Below, piece by piece: positions 13,224-27,400 of a stretch of DNA of 64,000 nt (the stretch's first letter is position 1; each line of letters opens with the position of its first letter). The DNA is from Aplysia californica (lineage: Eukaryota): assembly GCF_000002075.1 (NCBI RefSeq), contig NW_004797280.1, positions 2,508,002 through 2,572,001 of the forward strand, written 5' to 3'. Under the pieces are notes generated by a model, which saw nothing but the letters and a program-made list of their open reading frames with translations, was not told where the DNA came from and did not search any database. The position numbers and the translations under genes were made by a program.

Positions 13224-13745
13224 GAACAGTGGAAGGGTGGCAAGAAGTGGGAAAGGCATACAAAAATACAAGTCAACTTCTTGTTTTTGTTAAGTTTTGT
13301 ACCCCTTGAAAGATAGTGTCATTAAGAAACACTACTTCTAGTAGGATGCAGGGAAAATTGCTTGCTCCTGGGATTGCATTTTCTGCCTTTCACTAAAAGA
13401 AAAAGAAAAGAAAATCCATGAAATGTGGATTCCTGGAGATATATAGTTGTTTCTAACACTAACTGATTGGTGTAATAAGAAAAAAACAACTATATTGATT
13501 TGAATTATAAAGGTTGCTCTGGGAAGAAAGAATATTACTGTGGTAAAGTTAGTCTCTGTACAGTCAGGCACAAATAATTCTCACACCTTAGGGATTGACA
13601 AATGTTTTTGATACTTCCATGGTTCGAGTAAACTGATAGCAACAAATTTAAGCGATATGAGTAAGGGAATGGCAAATTGTACGAGTACCAGCTATCCGTG
13701 ATTTTGAGTTTTCAGTGTTTATATTATCCGAGCCCAACTGTATTT

Positions 13746-14182
13746 GTGAGGCAGCGTGGTGGAATCAGGCTCTCGTCAAAATAAGCAAAGTGAAGAAAAG
13801 CGCATTTTTTCCGCAGGTTTGTGAAGTTTTTATTAAATTTATGTTTTTTGGCCCAACACCTTTAATGCCCATTAAAGAACTCATTTCTGTGTGGATTATT
13901 TTGAAAAACGTAAATTGAAGGCTCAGAAAATATAAATTTTCAGTGACCATGGACTCTTAAACTAAGAAAATAACTAATTTTTGGCGGCCATTTTCTCAAT
14001 AATTACACCTCTGAAAACAGGTGACCCCCAACTCCTTCTTTCACAAATATCTCGACTTGTATTCAAGATAAATGGACATTTTTTTCATTCAAATAAAGCC
14101 AAGTGAACCAGCTTTAAGATGATACCAATAACTCTACATGCCCAAAAAATGACGAGAGCCTGATTCCACCACGCTGCTTCAC
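13746..14182. mobile_element. Unclassified TIR element (GGTGGAATCAGG family)
   Basis: TGTGAGGCAGCGTGGTGGAATCAGGCTCTCGTCA ... TGACGAGAGCCTGATTCCACCACGCTGCTTCACA near-perfect inverted termini. Confidence 0.75.
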
Positions 14183-14299
14183 ATTTGTTTACGGCCCGAT
14201 GATCTGCAGAGCTAGGTCAACCGGTTATCTGTGGTGTCATGATTAGGTTTATTGCACTTTAAAAACTTGAGCTTAATTTGGGCTTGGGGAAGTTATTTC

Positions 14300-14795
14300 A
14301 TTGATTATCTTGGCCTATCTGCTGGGATGCTGTGTCCCACTCAGTCCGGGTTGACACCGACAGGGGGTCAAAGCAGACCACTTTCTCATGCTTCCAAATT
14401 GTGCAAATTGTGTAAAACTTTTACCCTACGCACATTACACAGCACTCATGCTTGCACACAGGACCTCCGAGATTTTTCGGCCTTATCTGAGAAGGCTTAG
14501 TGTTCGAACAGACCTACTCTGAGATCAGGGGTGTGGCTGAAAGACAACGAGCCAAGGAGTAGCAGTAGAAAGGCTGCAGAACGAGTCAGAAGCCCGGGGG
14601 GGGGGGCAAACAAAGGGGGGGGTGCATAAAGTGAAGACTAGAGCAGACGACAGAACATGGTTGGAGAAGAGCAGGAAAGGAGGAGAAAGGATAACATTTT
14701 TTATAAAGAAAATGGTTTCATTGCTCCCAGGTTTCGAACCTGACCTATTGAATGAGAGGCAAACACTGTAAACTGTAGACCAGGAGAGCCCCCTC
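14300..14795 (-). mobile_element. tRNA-headed SINE family 3
   Basis: Minus strand GGGGCTCTCCTGGTCTACAG...GTGTTTGCCTC...GGTTCGAAACCTG followed by a pyrimidine-rich body; second copy at 44670-44917. 3' boundary approximate. Confidence 0.6.
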
Positions 14796-16029
14796 AGCAC
14801 ACACGAAGGATTTTTAATTGATGTAAACCTATGCTGTGCTACTTTGTATAGTAATGTTAAAGTGACAGACACGTAGAATGAAATCAATGTTCTGATATCA
14901 ATGAACTATAGGAATTAGTCAATAAGATACAAATCACAAAGCAAATAGAAAACAAAGACAACTTTATTAGCCTCCCCAGTGGTATTTGTTTTACAACTGG
15001 ATGCAAGTAAAATGCACACAAAATTGTACAAAGCGACACATTTTCGTTATGAATGTATTATATATATATATACACACATAAATATCTTAAATGACTCAAA
15101 CACTACAAACACAACCCAGACATACTATTGCTAGGTCACATGGCACTCTGTTATTCTGAGTTTGGGCCATCATGCTGTGCTCAAGAAGTCTCCACAGTTA
15201 TCATCATGCATGTTTAAAACTGTCACCACTGACTTCATTCTATATATATATATATATCAGCACTTTACCATTGAGCGTCTAGATATATATAAGGAGTTTC
15301 CTTACATCTAACTTACACTTTTTAACTTGCAGGAACACCCCCCCCCCCCCCCCTTTTTTTTTTGCTTACTTTTATTACTTAATTAAGCATTTCAAAAAGA
15401 CTTGAGACCAAGGGCATTGCTGCTGCAAATGATTTTAAAAAACAGCTCCTAGAGGATTGCCACTTCGTTACAGAAACAGTGTGATTACAATACTACAATC
15501 AAACAAATGTAAACTAACTCTCTGAATCTGATAATGTCAAAACTGATGTTATGTTAATAGTCACTCAGATAAGAAGGAAATGAGAAAATGTTGTCATTGT
15601 GGTGTTTACTTACTGCAAGTAGGCCTATTCCTTTTTTTTTTGTTGGAAGAAAAAGATCTTGATGTTATTTTATACTTATACAGTTACCTTTCTGTACAAC
15701 AAGTATATATATGTAATCTCAATATTTAAGGAATAACGCTTAGTTAAGATCACTCCTTTCAGCTGAAACAGAAAAGAAATTTGTAAAATCATTTGTAAGA
15801 ATCTTTATCACTCAATTCATTGTCCTGTGCCATCTCTTGAATTATAATACAAACTTGAAGAACAGCAAAATCACAAAGTCAACAGCACAGCTTGCAAAGA
15901 AAGTGCATAAAGCACTCAAAAAAGCTGTAAAACTAAAACCTGTTTTAAAGGTACAGAACTTTACCAGCTACCAGTAAACAAGTCACGCTAGAAATTTAGA
16001 AAAAGAATGGCCTTTGGCCTTTTGATGTA

Positions 16030-16808
16030 CAGTGGAAACCATATATAACAGGCCCAGTAATAACAGGGATCCGGTAATAATCCCCGTTTTTTCCTACTAT
16101 TTGTCTCTATTAAAAGTTATAGGCAATAACAGGGCCTCATCGGAGCCCAACCGCTTATTTGAGGGACAAAGGCTCGTTAACAATGTGTAAAAAGTGAGTG
16201 TGTGAGAGAGAGAGAGAGAGTAACGCAGTGATGGAGCAAGCCCACGCAAGCGATGCCACAGCAAGCACACGCAGCCTGTGAAGCGAGAGAGGGCTGCGGT
16301 ATGCTGCAGACCTCGATCTAGCCCGAAACCTAAGAACACGTTTGTGTAATGTGTCACCAATGATGTCAATCGCAAGAGAAAATGCCTTTCAATTGACAAA
16401 AAAATACGAAATAATCCAGGCTGTTGACAAAAAGCAAGCTCCACTGGCAGAGATTTGTTGTCAGTTCGACATTCCACAAGGGTCGATTCACACCATTATT
16501 AAGGATAGAGAGAAGATAGTGGCTGCATACTGTAATGGAAAGTTTGCTCTGGATCGAAAGAAGATGAGACTACCCGATGCAGATGCTGTGGACCAAGCTC
16601 TTCTGATGTGGTTTAAGGAGGCAAGGAAAAAGTTTGTGCCTAAACTCCTGTTCGTGGGTACTTGTGGCAAAGGAAACTACCCATGAATAAGTACAGCTGG
16701 ATTAGTCCACAAATGCTTACTTTCCTTGTATTTCTGATTTAACAAGGATCGGATATAACAGGACATTTTCTCTACTCCCACCATCCCTGTTATATCAGGT
16801 TTCCACTG
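16030..16808 (+). mobile_element. Tigger/pogo non-autonomous element (family A) with HTH transposase remnant
   Basis: TA-CAGTGGAAACC...GGTTTCCACTG-TA. Internal frame [12 protein letters not shown]...[22 protein letters not shown]...RKKMR...[13 protein letters not shown] matches the psq HTH plus the start of the CENP-B HTH of pogo/Tigger transposases; truncated. Confidence 0.9.
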
Positions 16809-18980
16809 TATTTATAAGCTCATAACTGATGCATTTTTTAAAGCTTACCATTCTGGTGATCACAAATAAGTCAGGTATCTCAGAGGTCAAAAAAGAAACT
16901 CAAATTCTACAGAGCAAAATTTTACTTTTGCTAGATCTGACTACTGGTCCAGGTATAACATGCCAGCACATTATTGATCAGCTGAAGCTGGGGAAAAGTC
17001 TGGGAACTGCTTTTAGAGAGTATGGGTACATTTGATATATAGAGAGGAATCTTCGGTCAGAAAGTCAACAAAATAGTGGGCAAGAAAGACAGAGAGATTC
17101 TAAGTTATGTTGATTTAGAATAGTTTCTTACGTGGTGATTCTTTGTTTAAAATTGACAACATTCACATTGTAATTGCACAACCCCACTTTATATTATATC
17201 GTAAAGTACGTAGAGCCTAGTAAATGCTACTTTTATTAGCATATGTATTATTAGTATTTGATTAGCTTAAAGTTCGATATAATTCTACCACAGATGAAAG
17301 CCCAAATGTAACAAAATTAGTAAATTTGCTTTGTTTGTACAATTTATTGATAAAAAGTGTGGGAACCTATAGAAAAGTTCACTTTGTATTCCAATAATGC
17401 AGTTTTCTTATTGACAAGACCTGTAGCCTCCTGAACTGAAGCTTGGGCTACATCGATTCAATGCCAAAATTTTGATGGATTTTAAGACTCCTTGGCTTCA
17501 ACATGCGATAAGAAATTCATTTAGAGATTTTGTTTCTTTCAGTAACATGAATTGAACTGTGTTGATAAAGGTGTGAAACACTCAAAATTGAATTTACACG
17601 GCGAATTTAAGAACTTTGTTAAATTTTGATTAAGTCTCTCAAGAACAATTGGTACATTATATTCTAAAATCTAACTGCTGCGCAAATCAGTTATTTTCAC
17701 CACATTCAACTTACCCCAGGCACACATCCTCTTCCTCAGGCACACATACTCTATAAATCCCATTCCACATAAACCTTGTTCTCTAAATGAATTTATTTCT
17801 TCAACAGGCCCTTTGCATACCCTCCTTGCTCTTTCCTGTCTTGCTCTCGCTCTCTCACTCTCTCTCTTTTACTTCCCGTTTTCCTTGCTAGCTTCACCAG
17901 CACATGAAAATATAATAGTATTAATAGATGTCAGAATGTATGGCCAACCTACATTGAAATGCCAGCCTTAGATTTTTTAACAGTGTTTCTTTTCTCCTTG
18001 GTACAAACACATCATTATGAACTTGAAAGGAGAAATTCTTTTTACTTAAATTATACCACCATCTAGTGTCTTACACACTTCTGGCACTTGGTAATTCCCT
18101 CTCCCAATTTTACCACAGCAAAGACAGCCTTGGCACACTGCCTTAGTATTATAAAACAATCTAAAAGGAGCACATAAAGGATTTGCACTCCATTGCCATT
18201 CGTCTTCAAAACTATTTTGAGAAAAATTTTAACACACAGAATTCACTTTCCAATTAGATTTTAAAAATTAGAAGTTAAATGACACATGATAAAGCGCTAA
18301 GGAAATACTTGTGCCAAAATGGCGGGTGGCAAATTTTAACCTTACGCATGTTAGTATTACTGGACAACCACCTCTTGGAGTCATGCAGTCGACTACGGAT
18401 GAATTAATGTTATCATGGGTGTGAAAAAAAGATCAACTAATCCGTAATTCAAACTAAACCATCAAGGTCACAAAATCAAGATATATAACAAAATTTTTCG
18501 TTATCTCATTTGATTTTAGTTTTAGTCCTCTCTATTGAGTCTCTTCATTAAAAGAATGACAAATTTTCTTCCAGCCATCTTTCTTACAAGTTAGGGAAAA
18601 ACTCAAATAAAAATTGACTTTTAATGCAGTTTGAATTAAATTAACCTTACGATAGGATGGACTGAGTGATGTGAATTTAAGAAGTGCTAAAACCAAATAT
18701 AATTTGTTTCAGTAAATCTAATGCTGAATGATTCCACCCATGCAGAAGGCCTATCCACCAAAATAATTCAAATAGCAGTGCATGCAAGAAAAATTATCCA
18801 ACTAGATTCAAATGGCAATGCAACAGGGACCAATTAGTAGGCCTTCTCATTGTCTTGTGGTGCACCATGCCCTTCAACCTTGAGGGGAGGGAGGGGATGG
18901 GGTTGTTGCGTCCTTGTTATGCCACATACACATCCGCTTCTCGTGCTCCCCTCACCATTCTATCAAGGCACTGTGTTGTA

Positions 18981-19935
18981 CAGTAGTCTCCGCCTAAACG
19001 CACGCCATACAAAAGCACGCTCCGCTCAAACGCACGCTTTCGTCATCTGACGGGTTTCTTACTATATAATTTAGACGTACAAACACACGGTCACTCCATC
19101 TAGACGCATGCTCCCATCCGCGAAACACGCTGAAAGGAAAAGCTTGACAAGGGGAAATTTTCACTAACCTGCACGGCCTGCATATAAGACAAGCCTAGAA
19201 AACCGGATTTGGTGAGCGTGCCGAAAAAAGAGACTGATGGACAGCGTTTTCACACCTAACTTTCCACAGACACATAGGTCTAGGACTGGTTGGTGAAAAT
19301 TTGGGGGGGGGGGAGATGGGTGGATTGGGGACTGAAATGTTTTTAGATTGGTCACTGGAATGTATCTTTGAGAGAAGGTTTTTGACTAGTGTTTATGTGA
19401 CTGCATGTAATGTTTAGTTAGACTTTAGACCTAGGCCTGATGCGCAACTCGCGTAAATGCCGTAAAACACTAGACAGGCTCTAGTCTATAGGATTAAAGA
19501 TTAGCAATTAGTAAGCCTAATCAGCTGCGCTCAAAGAACTTAGGACATACTTTTCAACGAATCACAAAAGAAATGTTTTTCTGAAAGTACAGATCTATGA
19601 TTCTGATGTCGTCCAGTTTCCTCTTAGGCTATCTGTTCCCGACATTTATGGTGCATATCATTACATTTAGTCTGTCTTTCTCTCCCCCTCCCCAAATTCA
19701 ACGCCTTTGTATTCTTAACCCCAGTCAGGGAATCCTTCACAAAACAGTCACGTGTCGTCACATTATCGGCCAAAATGCCCTCCACCTCAAAGGGAGGTCA
19801 CTAGAGTAATAAGGAATTGAGATGACTGCGTCCCTTCCTCCCTTTGCAAAGGTTCATGTAAACGCACGCTCTGTATAAACACACACTAAGCTAAGGAGCC
19901 CTCCCGAGCACCGAGCGTTTAGGCGGAGACTACTG
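18981..19935. mobile_element. Tigger-like MITE
   Basis: TA-CAGTAGTCTCCGCCTAAACGC...GCGTTTAGGCGGAGACTACTG-TA (perfect 21-bp TIR). Confidence 0.88.
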
Positions 19936-20666
19936 TAGTGTGCAGTCGAACTGCAAATTCATCATCTCTGCATGTATTCTTAATTGAAGTATCACCTGTG
20001 TCAAAAATTCGCTGCGAAATATTGAACTAATATGACAATATACATGCAGGAACAACTTTTTACATTCAAAAAATTAATTCAGTCATTACATACTTGCAGC
20101 TGGGTAAAAATGCACTTCAATTTAAGCATATATAATACGTCTGAGTTAAACTCAACAGTTTGATTTTAACAAATGTAAATTGTAAAGGAGAAAAGTTGCT
20201 GAGACCCAAGAAAAAGATCAACTTAACTTCAGATTAACTCAAGTGACTTCAACACAAACAGAGTCGACTGTATAATAATAATCATCTAAACACAGTTCAA
20301 GTTTAAAAATTCTCATATGACAAAAATAAAAGAGAGACATGCATCTCTATTTATCTAAATAGATGACCTAATCTTTTACCATTTCAGTTTTGATTTGTAT
20401 CTCTAAACATAAATCAGTGTGTGCAGATTTTTTAAGTTTAAATAGTGATCAAAACATTGCCCTGAGTAATAGTAATTGCACAAAGCAAACTTTTACAGCC
20501 ATAATACTATAAACTCCATTCTATTCCATAAAATTAAGAAAACCTTTTGTAACACCATCCTCATGCTATTGCCATTGTGTTAGGGTACCAGAGCTGAGGA
20601 AATGGGGCTGGACGGTATACAGAAACTTGTCTCCATTTCTTTGAAGAAAATCCAGAAAATTAAGAC

Positions 20667-21390
20667 CTAATAACAGTAGCTTGGTTCATTTGCTTGCACT
20701 TCATTGTTCACAAAAGAATTTGACAGAGAAAGTGGTTCCTTACATTTCAGAAAAACGGCCGATAAAAGTTCACCACTTGATTTCTGTATCAAAACATTGT
20801 TCACATGTTCTCCAACACAGGGAGCTTTACTGGTAGGTCCCACAGTCGTCAAAGACTTTCCGTGACGTTTCATCTGTTTTGACTCAGTAGTAAGTTGAGC
20901 TCCATTTCTTTTTTTCGCCCTTTTTCTTTTACCAAGAGGAACACCCGAGTATTTTCCAAAGGCGTGCAAGGCGCTAAGAAGTGCTGTTTGCGTTGATAGG
21001 TTGTGGAAGGTGGTGCAAAATTCGTTCACAGCAGGTATCATTGATTGGGGGTTTGCATCAAGTTCTTGAGACAGTTTTTGAAGGACCTCTTGCAATTTTC
21101 CTTTTGCTTCTGTTACCATACAGCTGTCTGTGGATGTGCTTTGTGAGGCGGCTTCCCTTACATGGGACACAGCCTCATCACCAGCATCGACAGCTTTGAT
21201 CTCTTCTGTATCTGACGTTGGCACATTGCAAGGAGGAGAGGAAGGATGTTGCAGATCTTCAGTTGTAGTTTTAGGCTTATACACTTGGGTATACAATCTG
21301 TGGGTAGTAAGTGAAGTTTGGTGAACAAAAAGGGACAGATCCACAGATACAAAGTATCAATGAGCTATTCACAGCATAGCTCGAGACATT

Positions 21391-21464
<74 letters not shown>

Positions 21465-24400
21465 GACAAATAGATAAACAAACAGACAGATGATCCAAGG
21501 TCAAAAAGTGCTAGAGTTGAAAAAAAACCTAAATTCACTTTCACTAATATGGGCAAAATTTCCCTCAGTTGTTGATGACATCCAACTTTTGGAAAAATGT
21601 TGGTAAAAGATAGATGCTTGTGATGATCGAATAATTTGATCATTTCATATCCACTAAAATTGTCCATTGTGATGTGTGCTGACAAAAACATAAATACTGA
21701 GATGAGTATATGTATTCAATGGGCCTGATACAGTGCCTTGGTTTAAAAACATTAAAGTTTGAAGGTTGACCTTGGCCACTGCACCATAAAACGACAAAAC
21801 ATTTTCACTCGTATTCATGCCGTTACGTAAGTGTCACAACTGACATTTTCAAAGTGGAAAGTTTTACTCTTGTAATTTTTCGAAACAATATATACATAGA
21901 CATATACACATACAGTGGAGTCCACTTATAACGACTCTTGAAATAACGAGAAGTCTATTATAAAGACACTATTCTAAAACCCTGTTTTTTTCCTTCTTTA
22001 TCTGTGTAAATAAAATACTGCTATAGTGCAATCAGACAAACACGCAAGTCAGTTAAAGCGGAATGTTGCTGCTACTGTGCACAACGCATAGGCCAGTTAT
22101 ACATATAAAACCTCGCCCGTTGAGAAACTTGTTGGTGAAGTAGCGAAACCAAGGACCTTACAACTCCTTGAGCGAAACAAAGAATGGGAGAGCCCACGTG
22201 TGCCAACAATGAAGGCCGGAGCGAATGAGTGGGGAGGGCGTGGCATGCGCAGACAAGCATAACGCATCGAGTGATAGGCCAGCCTAGCCTAGTCTAGATT
22301 ATCTAGGCCTACCACTACCATGCCTCTCACTTCTCCGATGCGGGGAAAGAGAGGTCACAGTGCTGTGATGGATGGAGCGAATGTGTGACGTGAGCAAGCA
22401 GACAGGACACACCACAGGGTGTGGTGGGGTGGGGAACAACACAGCAGGCGAGTTAGCACAGAGCTGTTCCTTTCTGATTGCCAATGCCTAGCTGTCAACA
22501 TTGCTAGCACAAAAGAAAGAAACTTGATTAAATTATTTTAGCAAGACCAAGAAGTCATGTTGAACAAAATCGTCTTCAGGGGAGAGAACAAAAAGAAATT
22601 AACAGAACACCAAACTCATAGATTAGCCCTACAGTATTATTTCCCTTGAGTTTATTACTGGATCCCTTATAACGAGAATACTGCTATAAAACTATAACGG
22701 ACATTTCGCATCAGTCCCCTCCCTCTCGTTATAACAGGATTCCACTATATTTTTATGACCTCTAAAAGCAGTGTTTAAAGCTTGCACCTATGATATGAAT
22801 CCAAGAATATAAGCTTTTCCCTTCCAAACGTGTGAATCTGCATCCTTTGTGACAAAATTCCCTGTGCCAACATAAATTTTTCACCACATGTCAAGAGAGA
22901 CATTGATTTCCTGGAATGTCTCATCCATTCCATGAGGAACTTTTCTTCTTTTCACTGACTGCCACTGACACTGGTAAGGATGCTATTTTGTTTGCTTTTT
23001 CAAACAGAGAAGAAAGGCATATTGTATAACAATTTTGGATGAATGATATGAACAGTAATTCCTTAGAATTAGGAGTACAACAGTTGAAGTCACAGAACCT
23101 TACATTCACCTTTTATGACCTTATGACAGGCAGAAGCAAAACAAAGTGTCTTTTTGATGATACGATCATACTACGGAACACACCACGATCAAGCAGTGTC
23201 GGTATTGTGGAGTTAGGCACTTCGCTGTCGCATGCTGATGAAGGAGACCCAAGTTCAGCCCCAGATTGGGGAGAAATTTTCATGGAGTATCTCCATCTTT
23301 CAACTGGGATGACCTCCCAGCCCGGGTTGGCCATAACAGGCAGGAGTTGGAAGTCTGCCTCTTCAAAGATCCAAATTGTGTTGTGGGGGGGTGTAAAAAC
23401 ACCAGCATTAAGAAAAAAATCACCACGATCCCTACTTTTTTCATACGCCTGATATCAGTTAAAGAATAACAAGTGGGAGCATACAAATATATACTGTGGC
23501 ACCAAACTTTTACTGTACAGGGCTATCTCTAGGTTAGCCCTTCAGGCACCCATGCCAAACATCGACCTATTGATCAGGAAGACATTTATTAAGTTTCATT
23601 ACCAGTTCAGTTTATCTCACCTGTACGCATAATGATAGCTGGGAAAATATGCTCCATCTTCAAAGGCTGCCTGATACTTTTCTTCCCCGAGCTCCACCCT
23701 TTTTAAAGTTTTGTACATATTCACAGCTGTCCCGGGTGTATGGCCACTGCGGAAAAGTTCCATGAGGCGTTCTTTAACCTCTGGCTGTACATCACGATAT
23801 GTCGGACGTGAAGCAGCCTCTACAGGATGGTTGTGGTTCCAGTGCACGATAATTTTTGTTGGAAGCTTGGGCATGTACTCATCTTTGCTTTTACTGAAAA
23901 TTTGAAAATGTGGAAAGGCAAATTCAAAAAACAAATATCTAATTCAATCAATGGCATACATAATGTATTGAAAATCAAAAGTTGAATCTAAAGCCTCGTG
24001 ACTTCTCATTGGTAATAAGGAACAAATGTTTATTCATATATTTTTCATTTTGTATTGTTGTTTCTCCATCAGATTGTTATCAAAACAGATGCAGAATAAT
24101 CAATTATTTTCTTATCTAGTACAGATTTGTCTTTACCACAGAACTATATTTCAACAAAATACTCAAAACAACTAGAGTGCAAAAATTAAAATGTTTACAT
24201 CAGGTTGCTCCCATTTTCTTCCCCACCTATTATTTTGTTTGCTGGGATGCCTCTGAGATTTGGTGAAAATACCTGAAAATTTAAGCAGTTGCATTTACAA
24301 ACAACAAAAAAGACATTTAATAGACACAACTTATACTTATATGGGGTTAAACAGAGGACAAATTAATAACTGCTCTTCTGGTGAAAATAACAAAAATAAA

Positions 24401-27400
24401 ATAAAACAGAAAAAACGGCATCACTGTGTTTTCATTCTCCTTCCCCACTAAATATTCCATCATCTTAGTACCCCCCCCCCCCTCGTCCACACACACATAC
24501 TTTCTAGCTCCCCTCCTACAGCTGAAATTCTCTTTTCTTAAATATGTCTTTGTATTAGTTTGACACTTCCAGTACACAAAAAAGAAGACTGGCTTCTGTA
24601 GTAATAATAATAATAAAAAAAAATAATATGAATTTATAACGCGCCAGAATCCACAAAGAGTGCTCGGTGGCGCTTATCACACACACACACACACACATCA
24701 ACAAAAGCTGTAAAGCTCAGTACCACTACGTCATGAATAAATTTTTTTTTAAAACTAAACAAAAAACAACAACAAGAAAACGACAGATGGCCTATTTCAG
24801 ATACAGAGTTCCAGCATTATAAATATACTTTCCTGAAAAACTTAATAACTGCTCTTCTGGTGAAAATAATAGAAAAAAACGGAATCCCTGTGTTCCCTGT
24901 GTAGAGGTTAGGCGCATCGTTGCCACATGCAAGAAACCCAGTTTCCATTTCAGAGTGAGGAGAACTTTTTTCGAGTATCTCGGTCTTTCTACTGGAATGT
25001 TGTACCCTCTTAGTCCAGGTTGGCCCTGACAGATGGCCTTAAATGATCAAAACGATGTCAACGCGGGAGTAAAAACATCTACATTTAAAAAAAAGAATTA
25101 TTAAATAAAAACAAGGCATTTCGAAATGGGAGGACGAGGAAACAGTAGGCAAGTTCTCGGCAGTTAAGGCAATCTTTATCAATTCAGATTTATTTCTAAA
25201 AAACAACAACCAAGTAAAACCTGCCTTTTTACTAGGTTGAGGAGTATTTTGCTATTAGTAGGCCTACACTAATTTAAAAAATAATACATTCTTGCAACAC
25301 TACACCCTTTTTCCTATGATTCATTTTACTTCCAGTCTCACATCAGCGAATATTCATGAAAAAAAATGTTAAACACTATCAAAAGGTTGAACATATTTCT
25401 GAAGATGAACATTTTTATTTCATTTCAGAAAAATATTTTCCTTTTATCTCAATACTTTATTTTGTCTTTAAAACTTGGAGACATGGCCAACATACAAACT
25501 ACAGCTTGAAACTACCCCCCCCCCCCCCCCCATTTGAAGAAAAGTAACTTACGAGGGAATGTTAAGTACTTTTTTTATGGTAACATGCATTCCAGCTTGG
25601 CATCCTGTCTTCCTTGTTTTGTACCTTTTGCCCCCAGTTCCAGAGTGCTGGCACAAGAACCATTTCTGTTTCAGTGAAGAAATTATGGTTACAATGTTAA
25701 TGATTAAACAGCAACAAAAGTCTGAATATACACCAAAAAAAAGAAAGATTGGAACCAATTCAATTTAGGACATATATATATAGGTTGGGGTTTGGTTTTT
25801 TTATCCTGATGCATCTTAACTAAAAATGTTTAAAATATATGTAAAATCAAGGCTTCTCACTTTTACAGCAAAATAAAATCAATTTCACAAAACTAGTTTA
25901 ACAGATTGTTTACTTTTTTTTTTTTCAGGAGATAGAGTACTGCAAAATATTCTTAGAATATAACTATGAAAATGAAAACTCATAAAACTTTATGTTCTGA
26001 ATTACTACAAGCAACACCCACTCTTAGTTTTCATCAACACTATCTCCTATCCATCAACTCACCTATGAACATTCATGAGCAATGTAAAAAACATAGAAGA
26101 AATGGTATGTTCAAAAAAATCCCAAAGCTTGAAATTACAGCTGAAACCTGATATAACAGGGACAGTGAGACCAGAGAAAAAGTCATGTTATATCAGATCC
26201 CTGTTAAATCAGAAATACAAGAAAAGTAAGCATTTGTGGACTAATCCAGCTGTATTTATTCATGGGTAGTTTCCCATAGCCTGCGCACGACACATTACAC
26301 GTGCGTGTAGCTCTCTAGGCTTAGGGCTAGATCGAGGTTTGCAGCACAATGCAGCCTTCTCTCGTGGCCATGTGGCAGGCCTGCGAATGACACATTACAT
26401 GTTCGTGTAGCACGGCTTAGGGCTAGATCAAAATCTGCAGGATACCGCAGCCCTCTCTTGCTTCACCCGTTGCGTGTGCTTGCAGCGGTGTGGCTTGCGT
26501 GGGCTTGCTCCATCACTATGTTACTCTTTCTCTTAATTTTTACACATTGTTAACGAGCTCTGTCCTTGCTATAAGGGGTTGTTCAAATATAATCTTACAC
26601 TTTTTTTTTGACTTTTTAACCCCCCCCCCCCCCCCCTTTCTTACACTTTTCTTACATTTGCCTTCCTTTTGATGAAAACGATATTCATCTATGCTGAATA
26701 GAAGTCGAAATATTTGCAATTGAAGGAGGTGTGGATCACCTGATTTCAGAGGTAAATTTAGTCAGAAAACGGCTGCCAAAGTTTGATTACTTCAATAGCT
26801 TGAGAGCCTTTAAAACTGAAAAATAACATATTTTGTGCATTTAATGAACGTTTTCCAGTAAAATTTGCATTGAAATGTGTTATTATATGGACGTAAAAGG
26901 TGTTAAGCGGAAAAACAAAAATTCAATAAAAGTTCCCAAACGTGCGGAAAAATGCCATTTTTTTTCACTTTCATTATATTGACGAGCGCCTGATTTCACC
27001 ACGGTGCCTCACAAGAGTAAATCATTTAAGCAAAATATTGCATACACTCTTTCTTACTAATAAGGAAAAAATTGAGACTCCTGTCAATGACAAAAGGGCC
27101 TTAATTACAAATAAAACCAAGTTACAGTAGAATTCTGATAAAGTCAACACCCCGGACAGAAAAAAATGTTGACTTTGAGCAAGGTTGACTTTATCCATTG
27201 TACTTCTGGCCATTGAAAATTGAAGATGACTGCTACAAAATGACAAAGTACCTGGTAATAAGCAAGATGTAATCTCAATTTCAGGGAGTATAATTTTGAA
27301 GTTGTCACCAAAACAGGAGATAATGAAAGAACAAAGTAATTGGTGGTGTGTACACCAGTAGCTCGGGTGAAATATCTCTTCTTAAATTAATTCATTTTGG

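Noticed and set aside
16342-16686. Functional TIGD/CENP-B-like gene
   Set aside because: Lies within TIRs, is frameshifted relative to the sister copy, is truncated before the DDE domain, and is multicopy.
23039-23486. ORFs as additional exons of the minus-strand gene
   Set aside because: They overlap a SINE, and exon 23893-23621 already splices in frame to 21297.
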